From the NCBI GenBank assembly GCA_015069415.1, contig SVIQ01000003.1:19300-83299 (forward strand): 64,000 nucleotides of DNA, written 5' to 3'. The notes below the pieces were generated by a model. It had not been told where the DNA came from, did not search any database, and worked only from the letters and a program-made list of their open reading frames with translations. The position numbers were made by a program, and so were the translations under genes. The DNA is from Clostridiales bacterium. Lineage in GTDB: Bacteria > Bacillota > Clostridia > Christensenellales > UBA1242. This document shows positions 1 through 8,713 of this stretch, piece by piece. Within the stretch, counting starts at the first letter, position 1. Each line of letters opens with the position of its first letter.

Positions 1-15
1 AAGTTCGGAGGGGTT

Positions 16-849
16 ATGATAGAACAATTTTTCAAAAAATCGAACTCAGAATTTGAAAATGACAAAATCAAAGATGACTCAATTGAAAAAGAATCATACA
101 GTGAAAGTTCTTACAAACATGTCAAAAAAATTCGTGAGCGCGGAACATTAATGGGATACAAAGTTCCCTACCTTCAGTATCCAGTTCAAAAGCAAGAGAA
201 ACCAAGACCATTATTTCTTGCTTTAGCAATTGTGAGTGCTGTGTTGTTTGGCTTGGCTTGTGCATTCGCAATTTATGCATTCGTTACAATGATATTACCA
301 ATGGCATATTCTGCATTAGGAATTGAAACTCCAAAATGGATAGTTTTAGATATCTATGGAATTTTACCAACTATAGGAACGTCTATCAAAATTTTCTTAT
401 GGTTAATAATCATTATGCTTGCAGCATTAATGTGTGTTCCTGCGCTCATTCTTGGCATGATAACAAAAAAATTATTCAGTTGGACAAAATTGAGTATGCA
501 AGAAGTCGCAGAAGGTTACGAAATTAAAAATTTAATATTTAATCTTGGACTATGGATTATCTTGTTGATTGGTCTTGGAATTGTAGCTTGTTTTATGTTT
601 AAAGGAATTAAACCAATAGGTATTGTTGCAATCTTTGTTGTAATTGCAGCGATTGATGCTGTTCTTGGAACTCTTTTAGGTTTGCTTGTGCACGCAAGAA
701 ACAAGGAAAGAAAAAAATTCAATGAACTCCCAATTGAGCAACAAGAAGATTTTAAAAGACACACTAAAGCTTTGGACCGCGCAAGTAGAACAAAAAGAAG
801 AAATGCATTCTCTTCAAAAACAGACAGCTGGTCTGGAGTAGATTTTTAG
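16..849 (+). CDS. hypothetical polytopic membrane protein with basic C-terminal tail
   Basis: 277-aa ORF with GGAGG upstream of the ATG and several long hydrophobic segments. No family recognised. Confidence 0.6.
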   Translation: MIEQFFKKSNSEFENDKIKDDSIEKESYSESSYKHVKKIRERGTLMGYKVPYLQYPVQKQEKPRPLFLALAIVSAVLFGLACAFAIYAFVTMILPMAYSALGIETPKWIVLDIYGILPTIGTSIKIFLWLIIIMLAALMCVPALILGMITKKLFSWTKLSMQEVAEGYEIKNLIFNLGLWIILLIGLGIVACFMFKGIKPIGIVAIFVVIAAIDAVLGTLLGLLVHARNKERKKFNELPIEQQEDFKRHTKALDRASRTKRRNAFSSKTDSWSGVDF

Positions 850-859
850 GAGGTAAAAA

Positions 860-1276
860 ATGAAATCAAAAAGCCCATTAAGTTTATTAAAATTTATAGA
901 ACTAACAATTAATGCCCGTATAGCATATAACAACGCAAAAGAAGATCCTGAAGTAAGAAAATCTATCACAAAATTTGGTACTCGCGCACTATTCTATTTA
1001 TCAGTATTTTTACTTCTTTGCGGTGGCGGAATTGGTATCTTTGTACTAAGCCTTGGAAACTTCATGTCTGCAGGAATTTTCCTATCAATTATAGGTATAG
1101 TATCTAGTGTTTACATGTTTATTTGGGGATTACCGTACTTTGTTCTTGCACTTAATCTAACCATTAAACAGTTGCGTTTAAACAAAAAGTTTGTTGGCTG
1201 GTTAGCATTATCAATAATTATTTTAATTGTACTAGCATTCATTGTAGCAATCGTAGTTTTACTATTAAAAATGTAA
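860..1276 (+). CDS. hypothetical small membrane protein
   Basis: 138-aa ORF with an AGGAGG SD and 3-4 hydrophobic helices. An intrinsic terminator follows directly. Confidence 0.6.
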   Translation: MKSKSPLSLLKFIELTINARIAYNNAKEDPEVRKSITKFGTRALFYLSVFLLLCGGGIGIFVLSLGNFMSAGIFLSIIGIVSSVYMFIWGLPYFVLALNLTIKQLRLNKKFVGWLALSIIILIVLAFIVAIVVLLLKM

Positions 1277-1300
1277 AAGAAGCGATTGCTTCTTTTTTTA
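1276..1300 (+). terminator. rho-independent terminator
   Basis: Hairpin AGAAGC-GATT-GCTTCT followed by a T-run. Confidence 0.75.
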
Positions 1301-1409
1301 TTTTATAAAGAAAAAAATTTTAAATACTTTTTGCTTTAGTTAATTCTGATAATTTGTAGACATAATTTTTAGATTGTGCTAAAATATTCTTGTTTTGAGG
1401 TAAAGAACA

Positions 1410-3389
1410 ATGAACGAAAGAATTAAAAAGTTTTTTAAATTTAATATGCTAGTTTTCATATACTCTATTTGTGCAATCTTAATGGAATTAATTAGCATTT
1501 GTTTTACAGACTGCAAACCATATCTAACAAAACCGGTTTATCCTTTAGTTTTGTTTAGTTTAATTTTACTCATCTTATTTTTATTTAAAAGTGTAAAAAC
1601 TAAGGTAACAATTTGTTCAATATTACTATTTGCCCAAGTCGTTTTAAACGTTGGATTTGTCTATCTTTATGATTCAAACGGAACATATTTTGAATGGGCA
1701 ATGATCAACCAACGAAATGATGCTTTTGGAACAATTGAAGATTTATCTTTAAGGTGGAGCCTACTTACAATTTTAATGACTATATTTGTTATATATTTAA
1801 TTGGCTCAATTCTTACGATAAAATTTTTCTACAAAAAGGACACTAAACATAAAACTTACAAACTTACAAAAATTATTATCTCTTCCCTTCTCGCAATTTG
1901 TTCAATATTTATTGTTTTGAATCCAACAATAAGCGCAATTCAAAGTAGCAAACAAAGTTATGTTGACAGATTTTTATATAGTGACGCAACAAGCAAATAT
2001 CAACAACTTGGAATTTCTTCAAATGCAATTTACGAAACTATTAATGGAACAATTGTTGACAACCTTGTAAAGCATGACAACAAAGGAATAGAAAAATTTA
2101 TTTACGAAGATGAAAATGCTTTACTTGCTACTTCTCCATATTTTGGAATTAGCAAAGACAACAATTTAATTTACATACTTGTAGAGTCGTTTGAGTGGTA
2201 TGTGTTCCTTGAAAATTGCACACCAGAACAATCTCAAATTTTGTACCCAAACTTAAATAAATTCTTTTCAGATAGCATATATGCAGACAATTTCTATGCA
2301 AGAGAAAAAACAGACACTTCAGAAATGCTTGCCCTACTTGGAAGCAACCCTACAGGGAAATATACAAATTATGATTTCCCCAACAATTCTTTCGATTGGT
2401 CGCTTCCTAATTTATTTAAAGAGCATGTTAAAAACAACGGTAAAGACCTTGTACAAATCAAATCATTCCACCAAAACAACGGAGATTTTTACAACAGAAA
2501 CACACTTCATGAAAATTTAGGATTTGAACAACTAATCGACATAGAAGAAATGAAAGAATTCGGTCTTGTTGACACATGGAAAGGAAACCGAGAAAAGGGT
2601 CAAAGAACGCTAGACTCTGAAACTATGCTAAAAATGAAAGATGAAATGTTCCCAGACACTGATAGCACAAATCAATACATGACATTCTGGTTAACATTTT
2701 CAATGCACGGACATTACAAAGACAGAAAAATACTTAAACCTTATTACGACAAACTTGATTCAGTTGGAGCCTACCCTGAAGGTAAAGGAACTAAAGGTGA
2801 TTATTTAAGAACATATGCTGCAACGGTTATGGATTTTGACAAGGCTCTTGGAATTATGATGGAAAAACTTGAGCAAAACGGAGATCTTGAAAACACCACT
2901 ATTGTAATGTTCGCTGACCACAACACCTATTACAACAATTTAAGCTATTATGCTAAAGACATTGACGAAAGATACAACAGTGAATTGTACAGAGTTCCAT
3001 TTATGATTTACGATCAAAAGTTAAAAACTCAATACGAATTAAACGAAGGAACAAACAAGATTTCTAAGTTCACAACCACTTCAGATATGTTGCCTACTAT
3101 ATTAGATATTTTCGGAATAAATGGTTACAAAAACTTATACTATGGAACTTCTATGTTTGTAAAAAATGTTGAATCTGTAATATTTTCTAGAGCGTACGGA
3201 ATTTTTGTTACAGACAAATTAATTTGTTTTGGAGCAAACGACCTTCTTTACAAATCTAGCGATTTCACTAAAGATGACTACGAAAGTTTCTTATCCCGCG
3301 CTGAAACATTACTAACCAAACAAGAATACTTAGATAAAATTTACTACAATGATTATTTCAAAAATCATCCATTAAGAAAAATAAGTTAG
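1410..3389 (+). CDS. LtaS-family sulfatase / phosphoglycerol transferase-like membrane protein
   Basis: N-terminal multi-TM block plus an extracytoplasmic sulfatase-type domain. Motifs: VESFEWY, REKTDTSEMLALLGS, FADHNTYY. Confidence 0.75.
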   Translation: MNERIKKFFKFNMLVFIYSICAILMELISICFTDCKPYLTKPVYPLVLFSLILLILFLFKSVKTKVTICSILLFAQVVLNVGFVYLYDSNGTYFEWAMINQRNDAFGTIEDLSLRWSLLTILMTIFVIYLIGSILTIKFFYKKDTKHKTYKLTKIIISSLLAICSIFIVLNPTISAIQSSKQSYVDRFLYSDATSKYQQLGISSNAIYETINGTIVDNLVKHDNKGIEKFIYEDENALLATSPYFGISKDNNLIYILVESFEWYVFLENCTPEQSQILYPNLNKFFSDSIYADNFYAREKTDTSEMLALLGSNPTGKYTNYDFPNNSFDWSLPNLFKEHVKNNGKDLVQIKSFHQNNGDFYNRNTLHENLGFEQLIDIEEMKEFGLVDTWKGNREKGQRTLDSETMLKMKDEMFPDTDSTNQYMTFWLTFSMHGHYKDRKILKPYYDKLDSVGAYPEGKGTKGDYLRTYAATVMDFDKALGIMMEKLEQNGDLENTTIVMFADHNTYYNNLSYYAKDIDERYNSELYRVPFMIYDQKLKTQYELNEGTNKISKFTTTSDMLPTILDIFGINGYKNLYYGTSMFVKNVESVIFSRAYGIFVTDKLICFGANDLLYKSSDFTKDDYESFLSRAETLLTKQEYLDKIYYNDYFKNHPLRKIS

Positions 3390-3419
3390 AAAAAAACAAC
3401 TCGTTTGAGTTGTTTTTTA
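3390..3419. terminator. bidirectional terminator shared by the two convergent LtaS-like genes
   Basis: AAAAAACAACTC-GTTT-GAGTTGTTTTTT: a perfect stem flanked by an A-run and a T-run. Confidence 0.8.
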
Positions 3420-5639
3420 TTAATTAATTTCCTTTAGCTTTTCAACAAATATTTCAGCATTTGTTTTTGACTTATCATTGATATTTTTTCTTCCCCAATA
3501 ATCATTGTAGAAAATTCTGTTACATGCACTAAGTTTCTCGAGTAAAATCTGAGCTTCCTTTTCCACTTGATCTATGTAATCTTCACTATCATAGAATTTG
3601 ATATCTGCATATTTCATTGCTACATCGTTATTGTTTTCAGGATTATCTTTTCTTAAGTACTTAATGTTGTTTAAACTTACAAAATAAATACTGTCAGTAA
3701 TAAACATATCATAAGCTCTAGAATACAAAACGCTTATGTCTAACTCAAAAGCCGAATGTCCAAAATATAAATTTCCAAACACATTTATTCCACATAAATC
3801 TAACAATGTTGGAACAATGTCAGCTGTACACATGAATTTCTTAACCTTGATTTGTGTTCCGCCACCAGTAGGATTAATTTGATATCTTTCTTGAATTTGA
3901 AGCTTAGCCAAATCTAATGCATCTTGACTAGCCATTCCTAATTCTTCATATTTATTTTTTAATTCGCTCACTAATGTAGTTGAAATGTGATTTTGAATTC
4001 GATTACTTAAACTTTCAGGAACATTAATCATAAGAGGAACTCTAAATAAATTTGTGTAATTTTCATGTTTTTCATTATCTATATCTTTTACATAATTAGA
4101 CAAACTTGAGTAATAAGTGTTGTGATCGCCAAACATACAAATTATGGTGTTATCTTTTAATCCTCTTTGCTCCAGCTCTTCCATAATCACCCCAACAGCT
4201 CTATCCAATTCCATTACGCACGCACAGTAGTAGTAGAAATTGTTGTGATTAAATGCGGAGAAACTATCCCCTTTCTTTTCTTTTATTCCGAACTTAGCCA
4301 TAGCATCGTAGTAACCGCGTTTTTCTAAATTGTTACGATAAGTATATTGTCCATGCATTGTTATACTTGTTATGTATGTGTAAAATCTTTGATCAGTTGG
4401 GAACATCTTGTCTGCACAAACTTCAATCATGTCAGCATCGAGATTTCTTTCACCTTTCGCACTCCAGTCAGTCATGCCCCACTTTTTCATTTGTTCAGTA
4501 GCATTGTAACTGTCAAATCCTGCAGACAACAATTCTTTATTTCTGTTGTAATAAGTGTAACTTCCGTTATGGAATGAATTTGCTGTAATATCTTCATCTA
4601 ACGACTTTAGAACGTTTGCCATTGTCGTACTCATTGTATTTGATGGGAAATCGTAGTTAATATAAACATTTGTTGGATATGAACCCAAGAAGCTTAAATT
4701 TTCAGAGATATCTGTTTTTTCTCTAGAATAAAAGTTACTCATAACTAAACTTGAATCATAGAAAGCATAAAGATTTGGATACAATTCTCTTAAAATTTGC
4801 TCTGCACTTGTGTAAGGATTTCCATTTTCGTCACTGTAATTAGAATAGTTTATGTCATAACCATTTACAAACAATTCAGCGTCTTGCATAAATCCATGCC
4901 ATTCAAAAGATTCTGCTAATATTGTTATAACGTTATACTCTTCCGTCGTTTCAAAGTTTGTTTGATAAATATTATTTGCATCATAAATAAATGTTTCAAG
5001 TTGCTGTTCATCTCCTAGTTTCACATTACTAAAGAATGTACCTTTTACAACTTCGTTTAGGAAATTTCCAACCGCTCCATATTCACAATAAGATGCTTCA
5101 CTTGTTCTGTACAACTTGTCAGTTACATCGTTTTCAAAATCTTTGTTGTTGAAGTATAAAATTGTGCCCAAAGTGCTAACCGCTACAATTGATGTTGGAA
5201 TTGCCCACCATTTGATGCTAACAGGTGGTTCAGCATGTCTAACATAACGCGCACCAAAAACAATATATAATGCAATAGCCAAAGCAGAAACTGTGAAAAA
5301 GGCGAAATTTATTGGAACAGACTCTAAAATAGCCATACCATCATTTCTTAAGTTAAACATTCCGAAATCAAAGATAGTTTCAGTCATTTCAAAGATTACA
5401 ATGAAAACTAAATTGACTATCATGAAAAATATTAATAAAACTGATGATACTATATGTCTTGCCTTATTTGACGGAATTGACAATAAAATTGCAACGATAA
5501 ATAACTGTAATGTCAAAAAGATGAACGGCATACGAATGTAAAACTTTCCACTTGTAACAATTACAGCCATCAATTCGATTAAAAATACTAAACCGAAATA
5601 AATCCAAATTAATGAATTAGACTTTAAAAATTTTTTCAT
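3420..5639 (-). CDS. LtaS-family sulfatase paralogue (739 aa, with inserted segments)
   Basis: Same architecture as 1410..3389. Motifs: AESFEWHGF, SREKTDISENLSFLGS, FGDHNTYY. SD AGGTGA. Confidence 0.75.
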   Translation of the reverse strand: MKKFLKSNSLIWIYFGLVFLIELMAVIVTSGKFYIRMPFIFLTLQLFIVAILLSIPSNKARHIVSSVLLIFFMIVNLVFIVIFEMTETIFDFGMFNLRNDGMAILESVPINFAFFTVSALAIALYIVFGARYVRHAEPPVSIKWWAIPTSIVAVSTLGTILYFNNKDFENDVTDKLYRTSEASYCEYGAVGNFLNEVVKGTFFSNVKLGDEQQLETFIYDANNIYQTNFETTEEYNVITILAESFEWHGFMQDAELFVNGYDINYSNYSDENGNPYTSAEQILRELYPNLYAFYDSSLVMSNFYSREKTDISENLSFLGSYPTNVYINYDFPSNTMSTTMANVLKSLDEDITANSFHNGSYTYYNRNKELLSAGFDSYNATEQMKKWGMTDWSAKGERNLDADMIEVCADKMFPTDQRFYTYITSITMHGQYTYRNNLEKRGYYDAMAKFGIKEKKGDSFSAFNHNNFYYYCACVMELDRAVGVIMEELEQRGLKDNTIICMFGDHNTYYSSLSNYVKDIDNEKHENYTNLFRVPLMINVPESLSNRIQNHISTTLVSELKNKYEELGMASQDALDLAKLQIQERYQINPTGGGTQIKVKKFMCTADIVPTLLDLCGINVFGNLYFGHSAFELDISVLYSRAYDMFITDSIYFVSLNNIKYLRKDNPENNNDVAMKYADIKFYDSEDYIDQVEKEAQILLEKLSACNRIFYNDYWGRKNINDKSKTNAEIFVEKLKEIN

Positions 5640-5646
5640 ATTTCAC

Positions 5647-6315
5647 CTACAACAAATATACTAAATAGCACAAAAGCCATGTTAATCCAAATTTCTTTTC
5701 TGCCACTAAATATATAATTCCATACAAGAAACTGATGATCAAGTAAAAAGCTCTCAAATCCATTGCTAAAACAAAGAAGTCAATTATTCCAAAAGTAAGC
5801 AAAGCAAAAATCGCTCCATAAGGAATTATCCATTTTGTTTTAAAAATCTTTTCGCAACCTTTTTGTGTGCAAACTATGAACAAAATCATCAACACCATTC
5901 GAACTGCAAATGAAAGAATTTCCACCGCATTGCAAGCCAATCCGACAGATGTAACTTTTACACCTAGAGAGTATACGATTTTTACTTTCCAATTTATGCA
6001 TGCACTTACAATTAACATAGGTAAAATTGCTAAAACAAAAAGTAAAATTACTTGAATTGTCGTTAATTCTTTTTTGTTTTTGTTTTCAAACAGTTCTATT
6101 TTCAGTTTTTTACAAACAAACAAAATTAAAATAATTTCAACACCCCAAACAATAGCATTGATTAATGAGGTAAACAATTTAACTAAATTTCCATAGTAAA
6201 TATCATCAAAAATCGGCACAAACAATTCGCTCACAGCGCTTGAATACAAACACAGCAAAATAATTCCTGCCAAACAAAAATATTTAATTGAACTCTTATC
6301 TTTAACAAATGTCAT
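5647..6315 (-). CDS. hypothetical polytopic membrane protein, probably co-transcribed with 3420..5639
   Basis: 222-aa hydrophobic ORF with SD AAGGTG. Its stop lies 7 nt before the next start. Confidence 0.55.
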   Translation of the reverse strand: MTFVKDKSSIKYFCLAGIILLCLYSSAVSELFVPIFDDIYYGNLVKLFTSLINAIVWGVEIILILFVCKKLKIELFENKNKKELTTIQVILLFVLAILPMLIVSACINWKVKIVYSLGVKVTSVGLACNAVEILSFAVRMVLMILFIVCTQKGCEKIFKTKWIIPYGAIFALLTFGIIDFFVLAMDLRAFYLIISFLYGIIYLVAEKKFGLTWLLCYLVYLL

Positions 6316-6332
6316 ATTTTCACCTTACTTAA

Positions 6333-6361
6333 ATTATACCAACTTCGACAAAAAATTACAA
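6333..6361 (-). promoter_or_regulatory. sigma-A-type promoter (TTGTAA-17-TATAAT) with a 0A-box heptamer in the spacer
   Basis: Minus strand reads TTGTAA ttttttGTCGAAgttgg TATAAT. TGTCGAA lies at 6344..6350. Confidence 0.55.
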
Positions 6362-6428
6362 TCGTATATTAAAATTTTATTTCATTTTAACAAAAAACCT
6401 TTTACAATAAAGAATTTATGATCAAATA

Positions 6429-6457
6429 TTGACTTTTATTGATAAATTAGATATAAT
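6429..6457 (+). promoter_or_regulatory. sigma-A-type promoter of the metG leader (TTGACT-17-TATAAT)
   Basis: TTGACT at 6429..6434, a 17-nt spacer, TATAAT at 6452..6457. Confidence 0.65.
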
Positions 6458-6478
6458 GAATTATATCAAGGAGAAAAA

Positions 6479-6532
6479 ATGACATTTAATTTTGTAGCAG
6501 AACTTAATATGATGAGCACTATGTTAGTTTAA
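6479..6532 (+). CDS. candidate Met-rich leader peptide MTFNFVAELNMMSTMLV
   Basis: AAGGAG 5 nt upstream of the ATG. 17 codons plus TAA, and 3 of the last 7 codons are ATG. Sits between the promoter and a terminator upstream of metG. Confidence 0.4.
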   Translation: MTFNFVAELNMMSTMLV

Positions 6533-6588
6533 TATAACATAGATGTTTGTTGCGCAAATTTTAATATGTTTTAAAAAATAATAAAAAG

Positions 6589-6620
6589 AGAGCATCGAAT
6601 GTCGGTGCTCTTTTTGTTTT
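6589..6620 (+). terminator. intrinsic terminator inside the metG 5' leader (attenuator)
   Basis: AGAGCATCG-AATGT-CGGTGCTCT (9 bp, one G.U pair) followed by TTTTTGTTTT, 96 nt upstream of the metG ATG. Confidence 0.7.
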
Positions 6621-6715
6621 GGAGGTAGTATGATTTTACAGTATAACAATAATAGACTAATGCGATTTTTATTAATATCAAAAAATAATAAAATTAAAAA
6701 AAGGAGAAATTAAAA

Positions 6716-8302
6716 ATGAATAATATATTTATAGGACTATCTTGGCCGTATGCAAACGGCGAATTGCACATTGGACATTTAGGTTCATCTTTACCCGCAG
6801 ATATTTTAGCTAGATATTTTAGACTAAAAGGGGAAAATGTATGCTTTGTAAGTGGAAGCGACTGTTTTGGAACACCTATTTCAATTCAGGCCCAAAAAGA
6901 AAACACAAAACCAGATATCATTGCGAACTTTTATCATGAAAAATTTGTTGAAATTTTTAAACAATTAGATTTTTCTTTTGATAATTACACGAAAACATCA
7001 AACGAATATCATATAAACTTTGCAAAAGATTTTCATGATGATTTATACAAAAGTTCTTATGTGTACAAAAAAGAAGAACAACGATTATTTTGTCAAAGTT
7101 GTAAACGATTTTTGCCAGACAGATACGTATTAGGACTGTGTCCTAAATGCGGGAATATCACTAAAGGTGATGCATGCGAAAAATGTGGGAAAATCTTAGA
7201 ACCTGAAGAACTGTTTAATCCTAAATGTGGAATTTGCAATTCAACACCTATCTTAAAAAATACTTTTCAATATTATTTAGCATTATCCAAATTAGAAGAT
7301 CAATTAAAAAAGTTTTATCAAAATAACAACGAAAATTGGTCAACAAACGCTAAAAAATTAACCGAAAGATACTTTAGTGAAGGCTTAATCGACAGAGCTA
7401 TTTCTCGAGATTTAGATTGGGGAGTTCCTATTCCCTCTTCCGACTCTAAAGAAAAAGTTATTTACAATTGGGGAGAAAATGTTTTAGGTTACGTTGACGC
7501 TTGCAAAGAATATTGCGAAAAAAACAATTTCAATTTCAATGATTGGTTCAAAAGCAACGATTGTAAACATTATTATATTCACGCCAAAGACAACATTCAG
7601 TTTCATACAATAATATACCCCGCACTATTACTTGCAAATAGCAAACAATATCATTTGCCCGACAACATATATGCATACGAATTTGTAAACAATGAAGGAC
7701 AAAAAATTTCTAAAAGCAAAGGAACTTGTTTGACAGCCAGAGAATTATTAGAAAAATTTGATGTTGACTTTTTAAGGTTTTACTTTGCAAAAAATATTAG
7801 TGATAAAAAAGACTTAGATTTTAGATTGGAAGAATTTGCAAACACCGTAAATGGCGAATTAATTAACAACTGGGGAAATTTTGTTAACAGAACTCTATCT
7901 TTTGTAAAGAATAAATTTAATGGAAAAATTAAAAAATCTGTTCTTGATGATAATATCAAAACAAGAATTGAAGAAACTTTTACTAACACATCCAATTTCA
8001 TTGAACAAGGAAAAATTGCTAATGCTTTGAGAACAATTTTAGAACTTGTTGATTTTTCAAACAAATATTTCAACGAAACTGAACCTTGGAACGCTTTTAA
8101 GATTAATGAAGAAAAATGCAAAAATTTATGTTATCAATATCTTTCTCTTATATTGAATTTGGCAATTTTGTTAAATCCATTTATTCCTAAAAGTAGTAAC
8201 CAAGTCTTGAATTGGTTAGATACAAAATTAGAACGTTATCAAACAAATGAATTGTCAGATGTTGAAATTTTAGAATTTAATCCTTTGTACTCTAGAATTT
8301 AA
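6716..8302 (+). CDS. metG: methionyl-tRNA synthetase (short form, no C-terminal tRNA-binding domain)
   Basis: HIGH motif (ELHIGHLGS), KMSKS-type KISKSKG, and a CPKCG...CEKCG zinc knuckle. Confidence 0.95.
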   Translation: MNNIFIGLSWPYANGELHIGHLGSSLPADILARYFRLKGENVCFVSGSDCFGTPISIQAQKENTKPDIIANFYHEKFVEIFKQLDFSFDNYTKTSNEYHINFAKDFHDDLYKSSYVYKKEEQRLFCQSCKRFLPDRYVLGLCPKCGNITKGDACEKCGKILEPEELFNPKCGICNSTPILKNTFQYYLALSKLEDQLKKFYQNNNENWSTNAKKLTERYFSEGLIDRAISRDLDWGVPIPSSDSKEKVIYNWGENVLGYVDACKEYCEKNNFNFNDWFKSNDCKHYYIHAKDNIQFHTIIYPALLLANSKQYHLPDNIYAYEFVNNEGQKISKSKGTCLTARELLEKFDVDFLRFYFAKNISDKKDLDFRLEEFANTVNGELINNWGNFVNRTLSFVKNKFNGKIKKSVLDDNIKTRIEETFTNTSNFIEQGKIANALRTILELVDFSNKYFNETEPWNAFKINEEKCKNLCYQYLSLILNLAILLNPFIPKSSNQVLNWLDTKLERYQTNELSDVEILEFNPLYSRI

Positions 8303-8304
8303 TA

Positions 8305-8332
8305 AAAAAACAACTCGCTCGAGTTGTTTTTT
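8305..8332 (+). terminator. rho-independent terminator after metG
   Basis: AAAAAACAACTC-GCTC-GAGTTGTTTTTT. Confidence 0.8.
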
Positions 8333-8346
8333 CATGTTATATTATA

Positions 8347-8405
8347 CTTGTTCGAGTTCTCTCATCAAAAAAATGACCTTGCGGTCATTTGGTAGAGATG
8401 AGTGG
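8347..8405 (-). repeat. 59-bp duplicate of the tRNA-Ile 3' end (16 nt) plus its terminator
   Basis: Matches 8501..8559 at 57 of 59 positions. Contains CCACTCATCTCTACCA (minus strand) and the AAATGACC/GGTCATTT hairpin. Confidence 0.85.
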
Positions 8406-8500
8406 GTTTGCGCGTAAATAAAAGTTGCCACAATTGGCAAGTTTTTAGCTTGCAAACGGGAGAAATCTATGATTTCGGTCTGGAACCGACAGGTTTCGAA

Positions 8501-8559
8501 CTTGTTCGAGTTCACTCATCAAAAAAATGACCTTACGGTCATTTGGTAGAGATGAGTGG
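8501..8559 (-). repeat. master copy of the 59-bp repeat (tRNA-Ile 3' end plus terminator)
   Basis: See 8347..8405. The terminator hairpin AAATGACC-GTAA-GGTCATTTTTTT lies on the minus strand. Confidence 0.85.
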
Positions 8560-8620
8560 ACTCGAACCACCGACCCCCACCTTATCAGGGTGGTGCTCTA
8601 ACCTGCTGAGCTACATCTCT
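8544..8620 (-). tRNA. tRNA-Ile (anticodon GAT), CCA encoded
   Basis: The reverse complement folds as a cloverleaf. Acceptor AGAGATG/CATCTCT, anticodon loop CTGATAA, T-loop TTCGAGT, 3' ACCA. Confidence 0.9.
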
Positions 8621-8713
8621 TCATATTAATTTGTTTTAAGAACTTTTTAACTAATTAACACTAATTTTGACTTACGTCTGGTGGAGAATAATTCCATTCT
8701 CCAGAATTGCATT

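Noticed and set aside
6458-6715. T-box or SAM riboswitch upstream of metG (and likewise upstream of trpS, 45674-45850).
   Set aside because: I looked for the conserved T-box core (AA...GGGTGGTACCGCG), a specifier-loop context and S-box GAGGGA/GCCC elements and could not find them by eye. This is a visual check only; a covariance-model scan is still needed.
3390-8332. Near-identical terminator arms (AAAAAACAACTCG...GAGTTGTTTTTT) at 3390-3419 and 8305-8332, considered as copies of a mobile or repetitive element.
   Set aside because: The similarity is confined to the roughly 13-nt stem arms and the A/T runs, the loops differ, and no flanking homology exists. Simple terminator convergence or local reuse is the most likely explanation.
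8347-8559. The 59-bp direct repeats as a possible CRISPR-like or tandem-repeat array.
   Set aside because: There are only two copies, and they consist of a tRNA 3' end plus a terminator. There is no further periodicity and no cas genes. They are reported instead as an att-like duplication.
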